From an uncultured Spirochaetaceae bacterium (GTDB lineage Bacteria > Spirochaetota > Spirochaetia > SZUA-6 > RPPD01), in contig CAYQRT010000002.1 of the NCBI GenBank assembly GCA_964419695.1, positions 1-29,725 of the forward strand: DNA of 29,725 bases, given 5' to 3'. Of the stretch, positions 17,114 through 26,564 are shown one piece after another. The notes below the pieces were generated by a model. That model was given only the letters and a program-made list of their open reading frames with translations. It had not been told where the DNA came from and searched no databases. Made by a program: the position numbers and the translations under genes. Position 1 is the stretch's first letter. Each line of letters starts with the position of its first letter.

Positions 17114-17951
17114 GCGACAGATCGTCAAAGTCATCGGCATCTCCCTGCTGGCCGTTCTCACCACCGTTTTTCTGTTCCTCATGATCTTCAAGGTGCAGAT
17201 TTTCACGGGACCCTATTTTTACATCCGCTTCGAACACGTGGGATCCCTGACCGTGGGCGCCGTGGTCCGCACCGCCGGCGTGCGCATCGGCACGGTCTCG
17301 GACATAAAAATCGACCAGAACGACTACCGGACCGTCATCGTCACGGTGACCCTCTACCCGGGCCAGAAAGTGCGCCGGGGGTCGGGTTTTATCGTCATGT
17401 CCGGCAGCCTGATCGGCGACCAGTACATTGAGGTCATCCCCAATCCGGAAGGTGAATTCATAACCGACGGCGAGACATTCAAGGGCGAACCGATCAAGAA
17501 CCTGGATTCGTTTCTACTCTCCAGCGACACGCTCATCAAAGATTTCACCTCGGCCATGAGCACATTGGCCGACATTCTGGCGGAGAACAAGGACGATATT
17601 CGCGCCGTGATCGCCAATCTCAAAGAGTCGTCCGACACCCTGCGCGCGTACATGAGCGACAAAGCCGGCACCGACGGTTCAGTGCTATCCAAACTCTCCC
17701 GGCTTCTTGACAACCTGGACCGTTCCTCCACGGCTCTTACCGCGCTTCTGGAGGACCTGACGTCCAAGGATTCCGTGGTCTCCCTTCTCAACCAGAAGGA
17801 AACGGCCTCGGATATGAAGGTAACGCTGGCCAACCTGCGCAAAATCTCCAGCGGGCTCGTCAACATCACCAACGACCTGGAAACCATCATGTCCGGCGTG
17901 GTCGGGTCCTCGACCGAATCGGGCGCCCCCTCCGATGGCGATAAAAAATGA
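17100..17951 (+). CDS. mlaD: MlaD/MCE-domain protein with a helical C-terminal extension
   Basis: TM anchor, then FEHVGSLTVGAVVRTAGVRIGTVSDI and SLIGDQYIEVIP. Start set to ATG 17100 (MATSKRQ). Confidence 0.9.
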   Translation: MATSKRQIVKVIGISLLAVLTTVFLFLMIFKVQIFTGPYFYIRFEHVGSLTVGAVVRTAGVRIGTVSDIKIDQNDYRTVIVTVTLYPGQKVRRGSGFIVMSGSLIGDQYIEVIPNPEGEFITDGETFKGEPIKNLDSFLLSSDTLIKDFTSAMSTLADILAENKDDIRAVIANLKESSDTLRAYMSDKAGTDGSVLSKLSRLLDNLDRSSTALTALLEDLTSKDSVVSLLNQKETASDMKVTLANLRKISSGLVNITNDLETIMSGVVGSSTESGAPSDGDKK

Positions 17952-18933
17952 TCCCCTGGTCGCGGGACCGGGAGACGACGGCAAGCGTCTGGACCGGGTG
18001 ATCCGCCGGGCCTTGCCCGCTCTGCCCCTGAGCGGCCTTTACCGGCTGATCCGTTCCGGACATATTCTGATAAACGGTCGAAGAGCCCGGAATGATACCC
18101 GGATCCGCACGGGTGACCGTATCCTGGTCGACGCCCCCATCATCACCACACCGCGTCCGAAACATGACGTTGCCCACCCGGACGCGGCGCGGCGCCTGAA
18201 AAAGATCGAATTGTTTTGTAATACTGACATTTTGGCGCTGAACAAGCCTTACGGTGTGCTCGTTCACGGAAACGATTCACTCGATCACCGGGTGAAAACA
18301 GTCCATGGGGAGGCCGCGGCCGCTTCCCTGTCATTTATGCCCGGCCCGGCCCACCGCTTGGACCGCAACACAACGGGTATCATTTTATTCAGCTTGAGCG
18401 TCACCGGAGCCCGGCTCATCACGGCCCAATTCAGGGAACATCGCGTAAAAAAAATATACTGTGCGCTCGTGGACGGGCATGTATCTGAAGCGTCCGTGTG
18501 GCGGGACCGTCTCACCCGCGACCGAACACATAGAAAAACTATTGCCGCGTCTGATAAGGCGGACGGACCGGCCCTGGACGCCGAAACCGTCGTGGTCCCC
18601 CTGTTTTCAGATAGAAAGGCGACACTCGTTCTGTTAGTACCCCATACCGGACGCACGCACCAATTGCGTGCCCAGGCCGCCCTGCACGGCCATTCCCTGT
18701 CGGGTGACGCCAAGTACGGCGGGTCTTCCGCGTCACGCTATCTGCTCCACCATACGGCCCTGTCGGTGGAAAACGGGGAACTCGGCCTTCCCGCATTGCT
18801 CGCCCCGTTCGACCAGTATGCGGATCACGAAATCCTGTCCCGCTTTGGTAAAGACGCGGTCGGCGAGGTATACCGGCGAGCGCGAAGCCTTTTGCCGGAG
18901 GGCGGTGCCGTATTTCCGCCGCCGCTCCCTTGA
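17935..18933 (+). CDS. RluA-family (RluC/RluD-like) pseudouridine synthase with an S4 domain
   Basis: GKRLDRVIRR, LNKPYGVLVH, HRLDRNTTG (catalytic Asp), TGRTHQLRAQ, GDAKYG. Confidence 0.93.
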   Translation: MAIKNDPLVAGPGDDGKRLDRVIRRALPALPLSGLYRLIRSGHILINGRRARNDTRIRTGDRILVDAPIITTPRPKHDVAHPDAARRLKKIELFCNTDILALNKPYGVLVHGNDSLDHRVKTVHGEAAAASLSFMPGPAHRLDRNTTGIILFSLSVTGARLITAQFREHRVKKIYCALVDGHVSEASVWRDRLTRDRTHRKTIAASDKADGPALDAETVVVPLFSDRKATLVLLVPHTGRTHQLRAQAALHGHSLSGDAKYGGSSASRYLLHHTALSVENGELGLPALLAPFDQYADHEILSRFGKDAVGEVYRRARSLLPEGGAVFPPPLP

Positions 18934-18957
18934 CTTGGCCGCCGTTCACTGTATACT
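18930..18957 (+). promoter_or_regulatory. Sigma70 promoter overlapping the pseudouridine synthase stop codon
   Basis: TTGACT-16 nt-TATACT. Confidence 0.6.
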
Positions 18958-18985
18958 TTTGGAGGGAGACAAAGCCGCACGGATC

Positions 18986-19858
18986 ATGAATATTATTGCC
19001 AACGCCTTTCGTCATCTTATCTGGGTACTGCGCGGCGTCCAGGTCTTCGCCCTGATCGGGCGCAGCGGTACGGGAAAAAGTTTCCGTTCTCTGCTTCTGG
19101 CCCAAAAATACAGCATCGAATTGATTGTGGACGACGGACTGCTCATCCGGGATCAAAGGATCCTGGCGGGCCGGTCATCCAAACGGGAAAAAGCCTACCT
19201 GTCCGCCATCAAGACCGCCCTGTTCACGGACGACCTCCAACGCCGCGAGGCGCTCCAGGTGTTGAAGCGGGAAAAATTCAAGCGGATCCTTCTTTTGGGA
19301 ACCTCCCTGGGCATGGTTACCCGCATCGCCCGCAGGCTGGAACTGCCCGCTCCCACGCGTGTCTTCACCATAGAAGACATTTCCACCGAAGAAGAAATCA
19401 AGCAGGCCATGAAGGCGCGCAAGACCGAGGGCAAGCACATCATTCCCGTGCCGGCTTTGGAGGTGAAGCGCAATTATCCCCATTTGATTTATGAGACGAT
19501 AAAGATTTTCTTCACCAGGCGTTTTTTCCGCACGGAAAAGCAGAAGATGTTTGAAAAGACCGTGGTCCGCCCCGAATTCACCCAACGCGGCCGTCTGGAG
19601 ATTTCCGAAATCGCATTAGGTCAGATGGTCCTGCACTGTGTCAGTGAATACAACCCCATCCTCAAGATTGAGAAAATCCAGGTCAAACGCGAGTTGGAAG
19701 GGTTCCAGATGACTCTGAACCTGCGTGTTCCTTACGGCGTCGAGTTGAGCCGGTCCATCGCCGATCTGCAAAAATATATAATCGAAAATATTGAAAGTTA
19801 TTCCGGGATAAGGCTTTTCAAGGTCGATATACTTATCTCAAAGATCGAACGGCACTGA
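18986..19858 (+). CDS. P-loop NTPase-like protein with a probable C-terminal Asp23/Gls24-like domain
   Basis: VFALIGRSGTGKS, IVDDGLLI, AGRSSKRE, HIIPVP..EV, EKTVVRP.F..GRLEISE. Start set to ATG 18986 rather than 18668. Confidence 0.78.
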   Translation: MNIIANAFRHLIWVLRGVQVFALIGRSGTGKSFRSLLLAQKYSIELIVDDGLLIRDQRILAGRSSKREKAYLSAIKTALFTDDLQRREALQVLKREKFKRILLLGTSLGMVTRIARRLELPAPTRVFTIEDISTEEEIKQAMKARKTEGKHIIPVPALEVKRNYPHLIYETIKIFFTRRFFRTEKQKMFEKTVVRPEFTQRGRLEISEIALGQMVLHCVSEYNPILKIEKIQVKRELEGFQMTLNLRVPYGVELSRSIADLQKYIIENIESYSGIRLFKVDILISKIERH

Positions 19859-19977
19859 CGACGCGCTGTATCGGAATAATGCGGACACACGCGTGCCTAC
19901 TGTATTTTTTTATAAGTTATATGCATATTTTCACCCGTGAATCCGATAATTGTATACAACGAGTCGTAAAATCTCGA

Positions 19978-20007
19978 TTGACAGCCTTACGATGAGCTGA
20001 TTATGCT
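19978..20007 (+). promoter_or_regulatory. Sigma70 promoter
   Basis: TTGACA-18 nt-TATGCT, 22 nt upstream of the ATG. Confidence 0.6.
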
Positions 20008-20029
20008 TGAGGCAAGCGAGGGGGTTTAG

Positions 20030-21406
20030 ATGAAAACGCTTTTCACTATGTTGGCACTGGTGGCCGCGGGGTTGTTGTTTATCAACGCCGATACCACTGA
20101 CGACGACACCATGCCGCTCGTCACCGAACCGCTGGACGCGGAACCGGTGGACGCGGCGCCCGCCGACACCGAGCCGGCCGTAACGGCCACGGCCGCCGCG
20201 CTCGTGCAGGCCAATTCCAACCACTACCGTATTTTCTATGAAGGCACGGAAGCGGACGCACAGAATTTCGCGGTGCGCATGGAAAGCTGCCTGGAATTGT
20301 ACAATTCCGTTCTTCACTTCGACCTGTCCAAGATGAAGGTGAAAATGAAGGTGCGCATCTACGCCGACAAGAGCGGTTTCGATACCTACCTGGAATCGGT
20401 CATCAAGGAGACCAAGGACGACTTCGTCTATATCCACTATTCAGACCTGGGCAAATGCGAACTGGTGGGCTTTTTAAAGACCGTTGAAGCCGATTTTTAC
20501 ACGGCCCTGCTGCATCAAGGCGCGGTCCAGTTCCTGAAGGCGTACGTGGCCAATCCTCCCCTGTGGCTTCAGGAAGGGTTGGCGGCCTATTTCGAACAGG
20601 CCGTGTTCAGCACGTCCAAGAACAAGTACGACCTGCCCTCCGACCTGGTCTGGCTCACCACCCTTAAAAAAATGGTAAAAGGCGAATCGGATCAGCAGTT
20701 GATCGGTTTCGACACCTTCCTGACCCTGGACAAATCCCAGGCCCAGATGCAGCTGGCGGCCTTTTATCCCGAGGCCTGGGGGCTGGTGTATTTCCTCCTC
20801 AACAGCCAGGACAGCAATGTCAACCGGATCCTCTGGGATTCCATCGGGGCCCTCGATCCCGCCCTCTCCATGGCCGATAACGCCGCCCGGGTCAAGGAGA
20901 AGGCTTTTGGCTGGTACGGCGTGGCCAAGATGGAAACGGATTTCAGAAATTACTACAACGGTTTGAAAACCCTTTCCGATCTGGTGGCGGAAGGCGTTAC
21001 GTACTACACCAACAATGATCTTGATAAATCACGTGACAGCTTCTCCAAGGCCCGTAACCGCAGTCCTGATAATTACATTCCCTGGTACTATCTGGGACTC
21101 ATCAGCTACAATAAAAAGGATTACGCCGGGGCCGAGACGGATTATCTCAAGGCCATGGACCTGAAAGCGCCCGAGGCATTGATTAATTTCGCCATCGGCG
21201 TCAATGCCTACGCCGACAACAATTACGAAAAGGCCGCCACGTTCCTCAAAACCGCCAAACAGCTGGATCCCGACCGCTATGGCGCCAAAGTCGATTCCAT
21301 CCTGACTGAAATCGAGGGCGGCGTGGTCGCTCCTCCGGCTGAGGACACACAGCCGCTGGAAACCCCCACCCCCCCGGCGGATGACGGCGGCAGCGATCAA
21401 GGCTGA
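20030..21406 (+). CDS. Secreted protein with a degenerate gluzincin/peptidase-MA-like domain and C-terminal TPRs
   Basis: Signal peptide; LLHQGAVQ…PPLWLQEGLAAYFE; TPRs (PWYYLGLISYNKKDYAGAETDY); acidic Pro/Thr-rich termini. Confidence 0.78.
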   Translation: MKTLFTMLALVAAGLLFINADTTDDDTMPLVTEPLDAEPVDAAPADTEPAVTATAAALVQANSNHYRIFYEGTEADAQNFAVRMESCLELYNSVLHFDLSKMKVKMKVRIYADKSGFDTYLESVIKETKDDFVYIHYSDLGKCELVGFLKTVEADFYTALLHQGAVQFLKAYVANPPLWLQEGLAAYFEQAVFSTSKNKYDLPSDLVWLTTLKKMVKGESDQQLIGFDTFLTLDKSQAQMQLAAFYPEAWGLVYFLLNSQDSNVNRILWDSIGALDPALSMADNAARVKEKAFGWYGVAKMETDFRNYYNGLKTLSDLVAEGVTYYTNNDLDKSRDSFSKARNRSPDNYIPWYYLGLISYNKKDYAGAETDYLKAMDLKAPEALINFAIGVNAYADNNYEKAATFLKTAKQLDPDRYGAKVDSILTEIEGGVVAPPAEDTQPLETPTPPADDGGSDQG

Positions 21407-21431
21407 TTGTACGGCGAATTATGCATTCGAT

Positions 21432-21463
21432 AAAGCGTATTCCCCCGGGGAATACGCTTTTTT
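21432..21463 (+). terminator. Rho-independent terminator
   Basis: Perfect inverted repeat AAAGCGTATTCCC…GGGAATACGCTTT followed by more T. Confidence 0.85.
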
Positions 21464-21507
21464 TATGCAATGGAGTCATGGATGTGACTGGAGAAAACAT
21501 GAGGTGA

Positions 21508-21536
21508 TTGAACTAGCGGCTGATTTTGAGTATGCT
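21508..21536 (+). promoter_or_regulatory. Sigma70 promoter for hisS
   Basis: TTGAAC-17 nt-TATGCT. Confidence 0.6.
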
Positions 21537-21607
21537 TCAGACGAATAGCGCCGCCGAAAGGCGCTCTCCGCCTGCTCTATATCCCGCAGAGAAAAGAGGC
21601 CCATTCA

Positions 21608-22918
21608 GTGAAAGCGTCCATTGAACCCCGGCTCCTGAAAGGATTCCGTGACTTTCTCCCCCATACGGAAATTATCAGGAAATCCATCATCCGCAAACTG
21701 GAAACCGTCTTCGAGCAATTCGGCTTCGTCCCCATAGACACACCGGCCATCGAATACGCCGATATTCTTCTGGGTAAGAGCGGCGGAGAGACCGAAAAAC
21801 AAATCTACACGTTTCAGGACCAGGGGGACCGTCAGGTAGCCCTGCGCTTCGACCTGACCGTACCCTTCGCCCGTTTTCTGGCCCAGCACCGAGCGGAGCT
21901 CACCATCCCCTTCAAGCGCTATCATATTGCCAAAGTCTGGCGCGGTGAAAAGCCCCAGGAAGGGCGGTATCGCGAATTCATGCAATGCGATTTTGATATC
22001 GTGGGGGTGGACTCCGCCTCGGCCGATCTGGAAATACTCCTGCTCATGTACCGCAGTTTCAAGGCCCTCAGGCTGGAGAAGTTCACCATTCATTTTTCTC
22101 ACCGGGGGGTTTTCAATGATTTTCTCGCCTCCCTGGGTGTCGACAAAAACTCAGAGGAAGTGCTCCGGACGGTCGACAAATCAAAAAAAATAGGACGGGA
22201 CCAGACCGGCGAGGAGCTCAAAAAGCTGCTTCCCGAGGCCGCCGCCGCCCGGGTCATGGAGTTTATCTCCCCGGAAGGCTCGCTGGAATCCACCGTTAAA
22301 AAAATGGTTCAGACATTGGGTGTCGACAATCGGCACGTGGCCCGTCTCACGAGCCTCCATAATGGACTTGAGACTTTGGGCATCGCTTCCTTCTTCACCC
22401 TCGATACGTCCATCACCCGCGGTCTCGATTACTACACGGCCCTGGTCTTTGAGACTTTTGTCGACGGCGCCGAACACCTGGGTTCGGTATGTTCGGGCGG
22501 ACGCTACGACAATCTGGTGGCATTGTACTCACCGGAACAGCTGTCGGGTATCGGCGCCTCCATCGGCCTGGACCGGCTGTTGGCCGTCCTGGAGACCATC
22601 GGCGGACTTCCGTCCGGCCGGGGAGCGGTCCGGGTTGTCATCCCCGTCATCGACGAGGATCTGACCGGGTATTACCACAAACTGGCCGAGATGCTGCGCA
22701 GCGAAGATATAGCCGTGGAGGTTATCCTCAGCCGTACGAAACTCGCCTCCCAGTTCACCCAGGCCGAAAAAAAGGGCATAGCCTACGCGGTATTGGTGGG
22801 CGGCCGGGAACGGGAGCAGAATGTCGTACATATTCGGGATTTCCACCGGCGTCAAAACCATGAAAACCTATCGGTGCCCGAAGCCATCGTCAAGCTGAAA
22901 GATCTTTTGGGACGGTGA
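21608..22918 (+). CDS. hisS: Histidine--tRNA ligase
   Basis: LKGFRDFLP, IDTPAIEY, LRFDLTVPFAR, WRGEKPQEGRYREFMQCDFD, RGLDYYT, GGRYDNL, GASIGLDR. Confidence 0.97.
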   Translation: MKASIEPRLLKGFRDFLPHTEIIRKSIIRKLETVFEQFGFVPIDTPAIEYADILLGKSGGETEKQIYTFQDQGDRQVALRFDLTVPFARFLAQHRAELTIPFKRYHIAKVWRGEKPQEGRYREFMQCDFDIVGVDSASADLEILLLMYRSFKALRLEKFTIHFSHRGVFNDFLASLGVDKNSEEVLRTVDKSKKIGRDQTGEELKKLLPEAAAARVMEFISPEGSLESTVKKMVQTLGVDNRHVARLTSLHNGLETLGIASFFTLDTSITRGLDYYTALVFETFVDGAEHLGSVCSGGRYDNLVALYSPEQLSGIGASIGLDRLLAVLETIGGLPSGRGAVRVVIPVIDEDLTGYYHKLAEMLRSEDIAVEVILSRTKLASQFTQAEKKGIAYAVLVGGREREQNVVHIRDFHRRQNHENLSVPEAIVKLKDLLGR

Positions 22919-23214
22919 CGATCGTGTCAGCGGCTTCCGGCCCCCAGGGGGTTTTCACCGTGGCCGTCAAGGTTATTCCCTCGGCTCCCGCCAATAAATT
23001 CGCGGGGCGGCGCGGTGAAGAGCTGGTGTTTAAAATCAACGCACCGCCCGCTGACGGCAAAGCCAATCGCGAACTGATTTCGTTCCTGGCATCTTCACTC
23101 GGTATCGCCAAGAGCAGGATCGTGTTATCAAGGGGCGCTTTATCGCGCCACAAGGTCATCACCCTGCCCCTGGCGGTGCGCGGCATACTGTCAACGCTGT
23201 TCCCCTCATCATGA
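22915..23214 (+). CDS. DUF167 (YggU-like) protein
   Basis: VKVIPSA, INAPPADGKANRELISFLA..LGI.KS.I.L..G..SR.K; GTGA overlap with hisS. Confidence 0.88.
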   Translation: MTIVSAASGPQGVFTVAVKVIPSAPANKFAGRRGEELVFKINAPPADGKANRELISFLASSLGIAKSRIVLSRGALSRHKVITLPLAVRGILSTLFPSS

Positions 23215-23257
23215 CGGAGTCGCATCCGGCCAGGGGGAAATCGTCACGGTCCGTTTA

Positions 23258-23286
23258 TTGACAAATAAAACAAGCACCGCTATAGT
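23258..23286 (+). promoter_or_regulatory. Strong sigma70 promoter for the EF-G paralogue
   Basis: TTGACA-17 nt-TATAGT. Confidence 0.72.
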
Positions 23287-23414
23287 AAAGCACCATTCGA
23301 ATATCCGTTTCTTGCGACTCGGTTTCATGGTATCAACTTAATCTCATTGAGGCGCGCCTAATATAACGAAAAGACACTAATATACTCCCCTCGGGGTTCA
23401 CTAAGGAGTTCAGT

Positions 23415-25493
23415 ATGGGTTACGCAACCTCTTCCATCCGGAATATCGTCTTGTGCGGACACGGCAGCACCGGTAAAACGACGCTGACCGAACAGATGTT
23501 GTTTACCGGGGGCGTCATTCCCAAAGCCGAACCGGTCGAAACCGGCAAATCGGTCAGCGATTACACCGAGCAGGAAATAGCCCGCAAGGTTTCGATCCAT
23601 ACCTCCCTTTCCCACCTTGATTATCACGGCGTCAAAATAAACATCCTCGACACTCCCGGCATCGCCGACTTTGTGGGCGAGGCCGTGGCCGCCTTCCGCG
23701 CCGCCGAGGCCGCCGTGGTGCTGGTGGGAGCCGATACCGGGGTGCAGATCGAAACGGTCAAGATCTGGCGCCGCCTTTCCAAGATTTCCTACCCGCGCGT
23801 TATTTTCATCAACAAGATGGAAAAGGAGCACGCCGATTTTGATAAAGCCCTGGAAGACCTGCGCGCCAAATTTTCGGGCACCTTTGTTCCCGTTTCCATT
23901 CCCGTGGGCAAGGGTGCCGGGTTCAAAGGCGTCATCGATTTGTTGTCCATGAAGGCGTCGGTGTCCGGTGACGATAAAAAATCAGCCTCGGAGGCTGTTC
24001 CGGCCGACATGGCCGAGGCGGCCAAGAAATACCGCGACGTTCTCGTGGAAGCGGCCGCCGAGGGTGACGACAAGCTCATTGAGAAATTCTTCGCCAAAGG
24101 CACGCTCGCCGACGAAGAGATCCTGACCGGCCTCAGAAAAGCGGTGCACAGCGGAAAAATATTCCCCGTGCTCTGCGGCGCGGCCGTGGACAACAAGGGC
24201 GTGGCCACACTGTTGGATTTCATCGTCACCGCCTGTCCCCCGCCGCATGGTGAGGCCAAGGGGAAGGACATCAAAGAACAGGAAGTGGCGCGCGCCTGCG
24301 ACCCCGCCCAACCCCTGTCGTGTTTCGTGTTCAAGACGAGCATCGACCAGTTCTCGGGACGTATGTCTTTCGTCAAGGTGCTTTCCGGCACGCTGACGCC
24401 GGACTGCGACCTGGTAAACGTCCGCGGAGAGAAAAAGGAAAAATCTGGCAAACTGCACTGCCTGGTCGGAAAGAAAATCGACGACGTCTCCGAACTTGCC
24501 GCGGGCGATATCGGCGTGATGTTGAAACTGGCCACCGTCAACACCAATGACACCCTCTGCGCTCCGGACGCCCTCATCTGTTATGAACCGCTGGCGTTAC
24601 CCCAGCCCGTGCACGCGGTGGCCATCTCCGCGGTGTCCAAAAAGGACGAAGACAAACTCAACCAGATCCTGCATCGCGCCGCCGAAGAAGATCTTACCTT
24701 CAAGCTGGCGTTCAACACTGAAACCAAGGAGACCGTGGTCTCCTGCATGGGCGAACTGCATCTTTCCATCGTCCTGGACCACATTAAGGAAAAACAAAAA
24801 ATTGAGATTGAAACGAGTATCCCCAAAGTGGCTTACCGCGAAACGCTGCAAGCCGCTTCGGCCGCGGAATACACCCACAAAAAGCAGACGGGCGGCCACG
24901 GACAGTACGCCAAAGTGGTGCTGGAGATCAACCCACTCAAGCGGGGAGACCAGTTCAGCTTTGTCAATGCCGTGTTCGGCGGGGCCGTTTCCAAGGGCTA
25001 TATGGCCGGCATAGAAAAAGGCATTTTGGAGGGCATGGAGCACGGTTTTCTGGCCGGGTATCCCATCGTCGATCTGGAGGCCAAAGTGGTGGACGGCAAG
25101 GAACATCCGGTGGATTCGTCGGAAATGGCCTTCAAGCTGGCCGCCCGCGGCGCCCTGAAAGCAGCCATGGACAAGGCCAAACCGGTCCTGCTCGAACCCG
25201 TCATGAACCTGATCGTGTACGCGGACGAGCAGTATCTGGGAGACGTCCTGTCCGACATCTCCAGCCGGCGCGGCAAGGTGCAGGGTCAGGAACCCATCGG
25301 CGGCGGCATCCTCGAGGTACGCGCCCAGGTGCCCCAGGCCGAGCTGCTGCGCTACTCCATTGACCTGAAGGCCATGACATCCGGCACCGCCTCGTTTGAA
25401 ATGGAATTCGACCATTACAGCCCGATCACGGGCAAGATCGCGGATGACGTGATCAAAGCCTCCCAGGCCGCCAAGGAAGAGGCGCACGCCTGA
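23415..25493 (+). CDS. fusA: Elongation factor G paralogue (EF-G II type)
   Basis: GHGSTGKTT, DTPGIADF, NKME, GELHL, VAYRET, KKQTGGHGQYA, HPVDSSEMAF, LLEPVM. Switch I reads RKVSI instead of canonical RGITI; AAGGAG RBS. Confidence 0.92.
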   Translation: MGYATSSIRNIVLCGHGSTGKTTLTEQMLFTGGVIPKAEPVETGKSVSDYTEQEIARKVSIHTSLSHLDYHGVKINILDTPGIADFVGEAVAAFRAAEAAVVLVGADTGVQIETVKIWRRLSKISYPRVIFINKMEKEHADFDKALEDLRAKFSGTFVPVSIPVGKGAGFKGVIDLLSMKASVSGDDKKSASEAVPADMAEAAKKYRDVLVEAAAEGDDKLIEKFFAKGTLADEEILTGLRKAVHSGKIFPVLCGAAVDNKGVATLLDFIVTACPPPHGEAKGKDIKEQEVARACDPAQPLSCFVFKTSIDQFSGRMSFVKVLSGTLTPDCDLVNVRGEKKEKSGKLHCLVGKKIDDVSELAAGDIGVMLKLATVNTNDTLCAPDALICYEPLALPQPVHAVAISAVSKKDEDKLNQILHRAAEEDLTFKLAFNTETKETVVSCMGELHLSIVLDHIKEKQKIEIETSIPKVAYRETLQAASAAEYTHKKQTGGHGQYAKVVLEINPLKRGDQFSFVNAVFGGAVSKGYMAGIEKGILEGMEHGFLAGYPIVDLEAKVVDGKEHPVDSSEMAFKLAARGALKAAMDKAKPVLLEPVMNLIVYADEQYLGDVLSDISSRRGKVQGQEPIGGGILEVRAQVPQAELLRYSIDLKAMTSGTASFEMEFDHYSPITGKIADDVIKASQAAKEEAHA

Positions 25494-25553
25494 CAAAAGC
25501 CGAGATAGGTCTTCGTGGCGTCCCGGTGAGGTTTTTAAGTTCCGGAAAGTGAT

Positions 25554-26564
25554 TCAACAGATTCGCGGCAGCATGTCCGCCAGCAGCATGTCCACAATGC
25601 GCGTGCCGCCCGCCCGGGTCTTAAGGAAAACGCGGCAGAGGGGATCATCGGTCACGGTGCCTATGATATCGGCGCGGGCGCCCAGTTCCTGATTCCGCAT
25701 TGTCTCCAGCACGTCCGCGGCCACGCCCTGCTCGCAAACCACGATTACCTTGCCTTCATTGGCCAGATAGAGCGGATCAAATCCGGTCAACTCGCAGATG
25801 GCCCTCACCTCGTCCCGCACCGGCAGCGCTTCTTCCTCAATTTCCAACGACAACCGGGAACCTTGAGCCAACTCCACCAGGGTGGTGGCCACACCGCCGC
25901 GGGTGGGATCGCGCATCACCCTGATCGATCCCGGCGGAAAATGATCTACAATCCTTTTTATCAGGGGCCAGAGCGGGGCGCAGTCGCTCTGCACGTCGAA
26001 ATCGATGGGGAAATCCCCGCGCGCCTTCATGACCGCGGCGGCGTGGTCTCCCAGGGTGCCGGAGATAATTACGGCGTCGCCGCTCTTCATGGCCAGCGGT
26101 GAGAGACCCGCGTGCGCCCCCGGAAAGCCCACGCCGGCGGTGGTGATGAAGATTCCGTCCGCCTGCCCCCGGGGCACCACTTTGGTATCCCCGGTAACCA
26201 CCGTCACGCCCGTTTCTCCGGCCGTTCGCGCCAGGGAAGAGACGATCGTCTTCAGGTCTCTGAGGGAAAACCCCTCTTCGATGATGAATCCGGCGGAGAG
26301 ATACCGCGGTTCCGCGGCGCAGACCGACAGGTCATTGACTGTTCCCGCCGCGGAAAGTTTTCCGATATCCCCTCCCGGGAAAAAGACGGGACGGATCACG
26401 TACCCGTCGGTGGTAAAAGCCAGCTTTCCACCGCGGCTTTCCACCAGGGCGCTGTCCAGGAGGTCGGACAGGGAGCGATTGTCGAACGCGGGCACGAAGA
26501 CTTCCTCCACCAGCCGGTGGGTGGCGGAGCCGCCATTGCCGTGTTCGAGTTTTATGATGTCCAT
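25554..26564 (-). CDS. hypE: Hydrogenase maturation carbamoyl dehydratase HypE
   Basis: HGNGG, FTTDGYV..P.FFPGGDIGKL, GTVNDL, GDTKVV, MRDPTRGG, DPLYLANEG, C-terminal PRIC. Start set to ATG 26564 (AGGAAGG RBS). Confidence 0.96.
   Translation of the reverse strand: MDIIKLEHGNGGSATHRLVEEVFVPAFDNRSLSDLLDSALVESRGGKLAFTTDGYVIRPVFFPGGDIGKLSAAGTVNDLSVCAAEPRYLSAGFIIEEGFSLRDLKTIVSSLARTAGETGVTVVTGDTKVVPRGQADGIFITTAGVGFPGAHAGLSPLAMKSGDAVIISGTLGDHAAAVMKARGDFPIDFDVQSDCAPLWPLIKRIVDHFPPGSIRVMRDPTRGGVATTLVELAQGSRLSLEIEEEALPVRDEVRAICELTGFDPLYLANEGKVIVVCEQGVAADVLETMRNQELGARADIIGTVTDDPLCRVFLKTRAGGTRIVDMLLADMLPRIC

Noticed and set aside
21540-21607. T-box leader for hisS
   Set aside because: Leader is only about 65 nt with one small GAAA-loop hairpin and no T-box sequence
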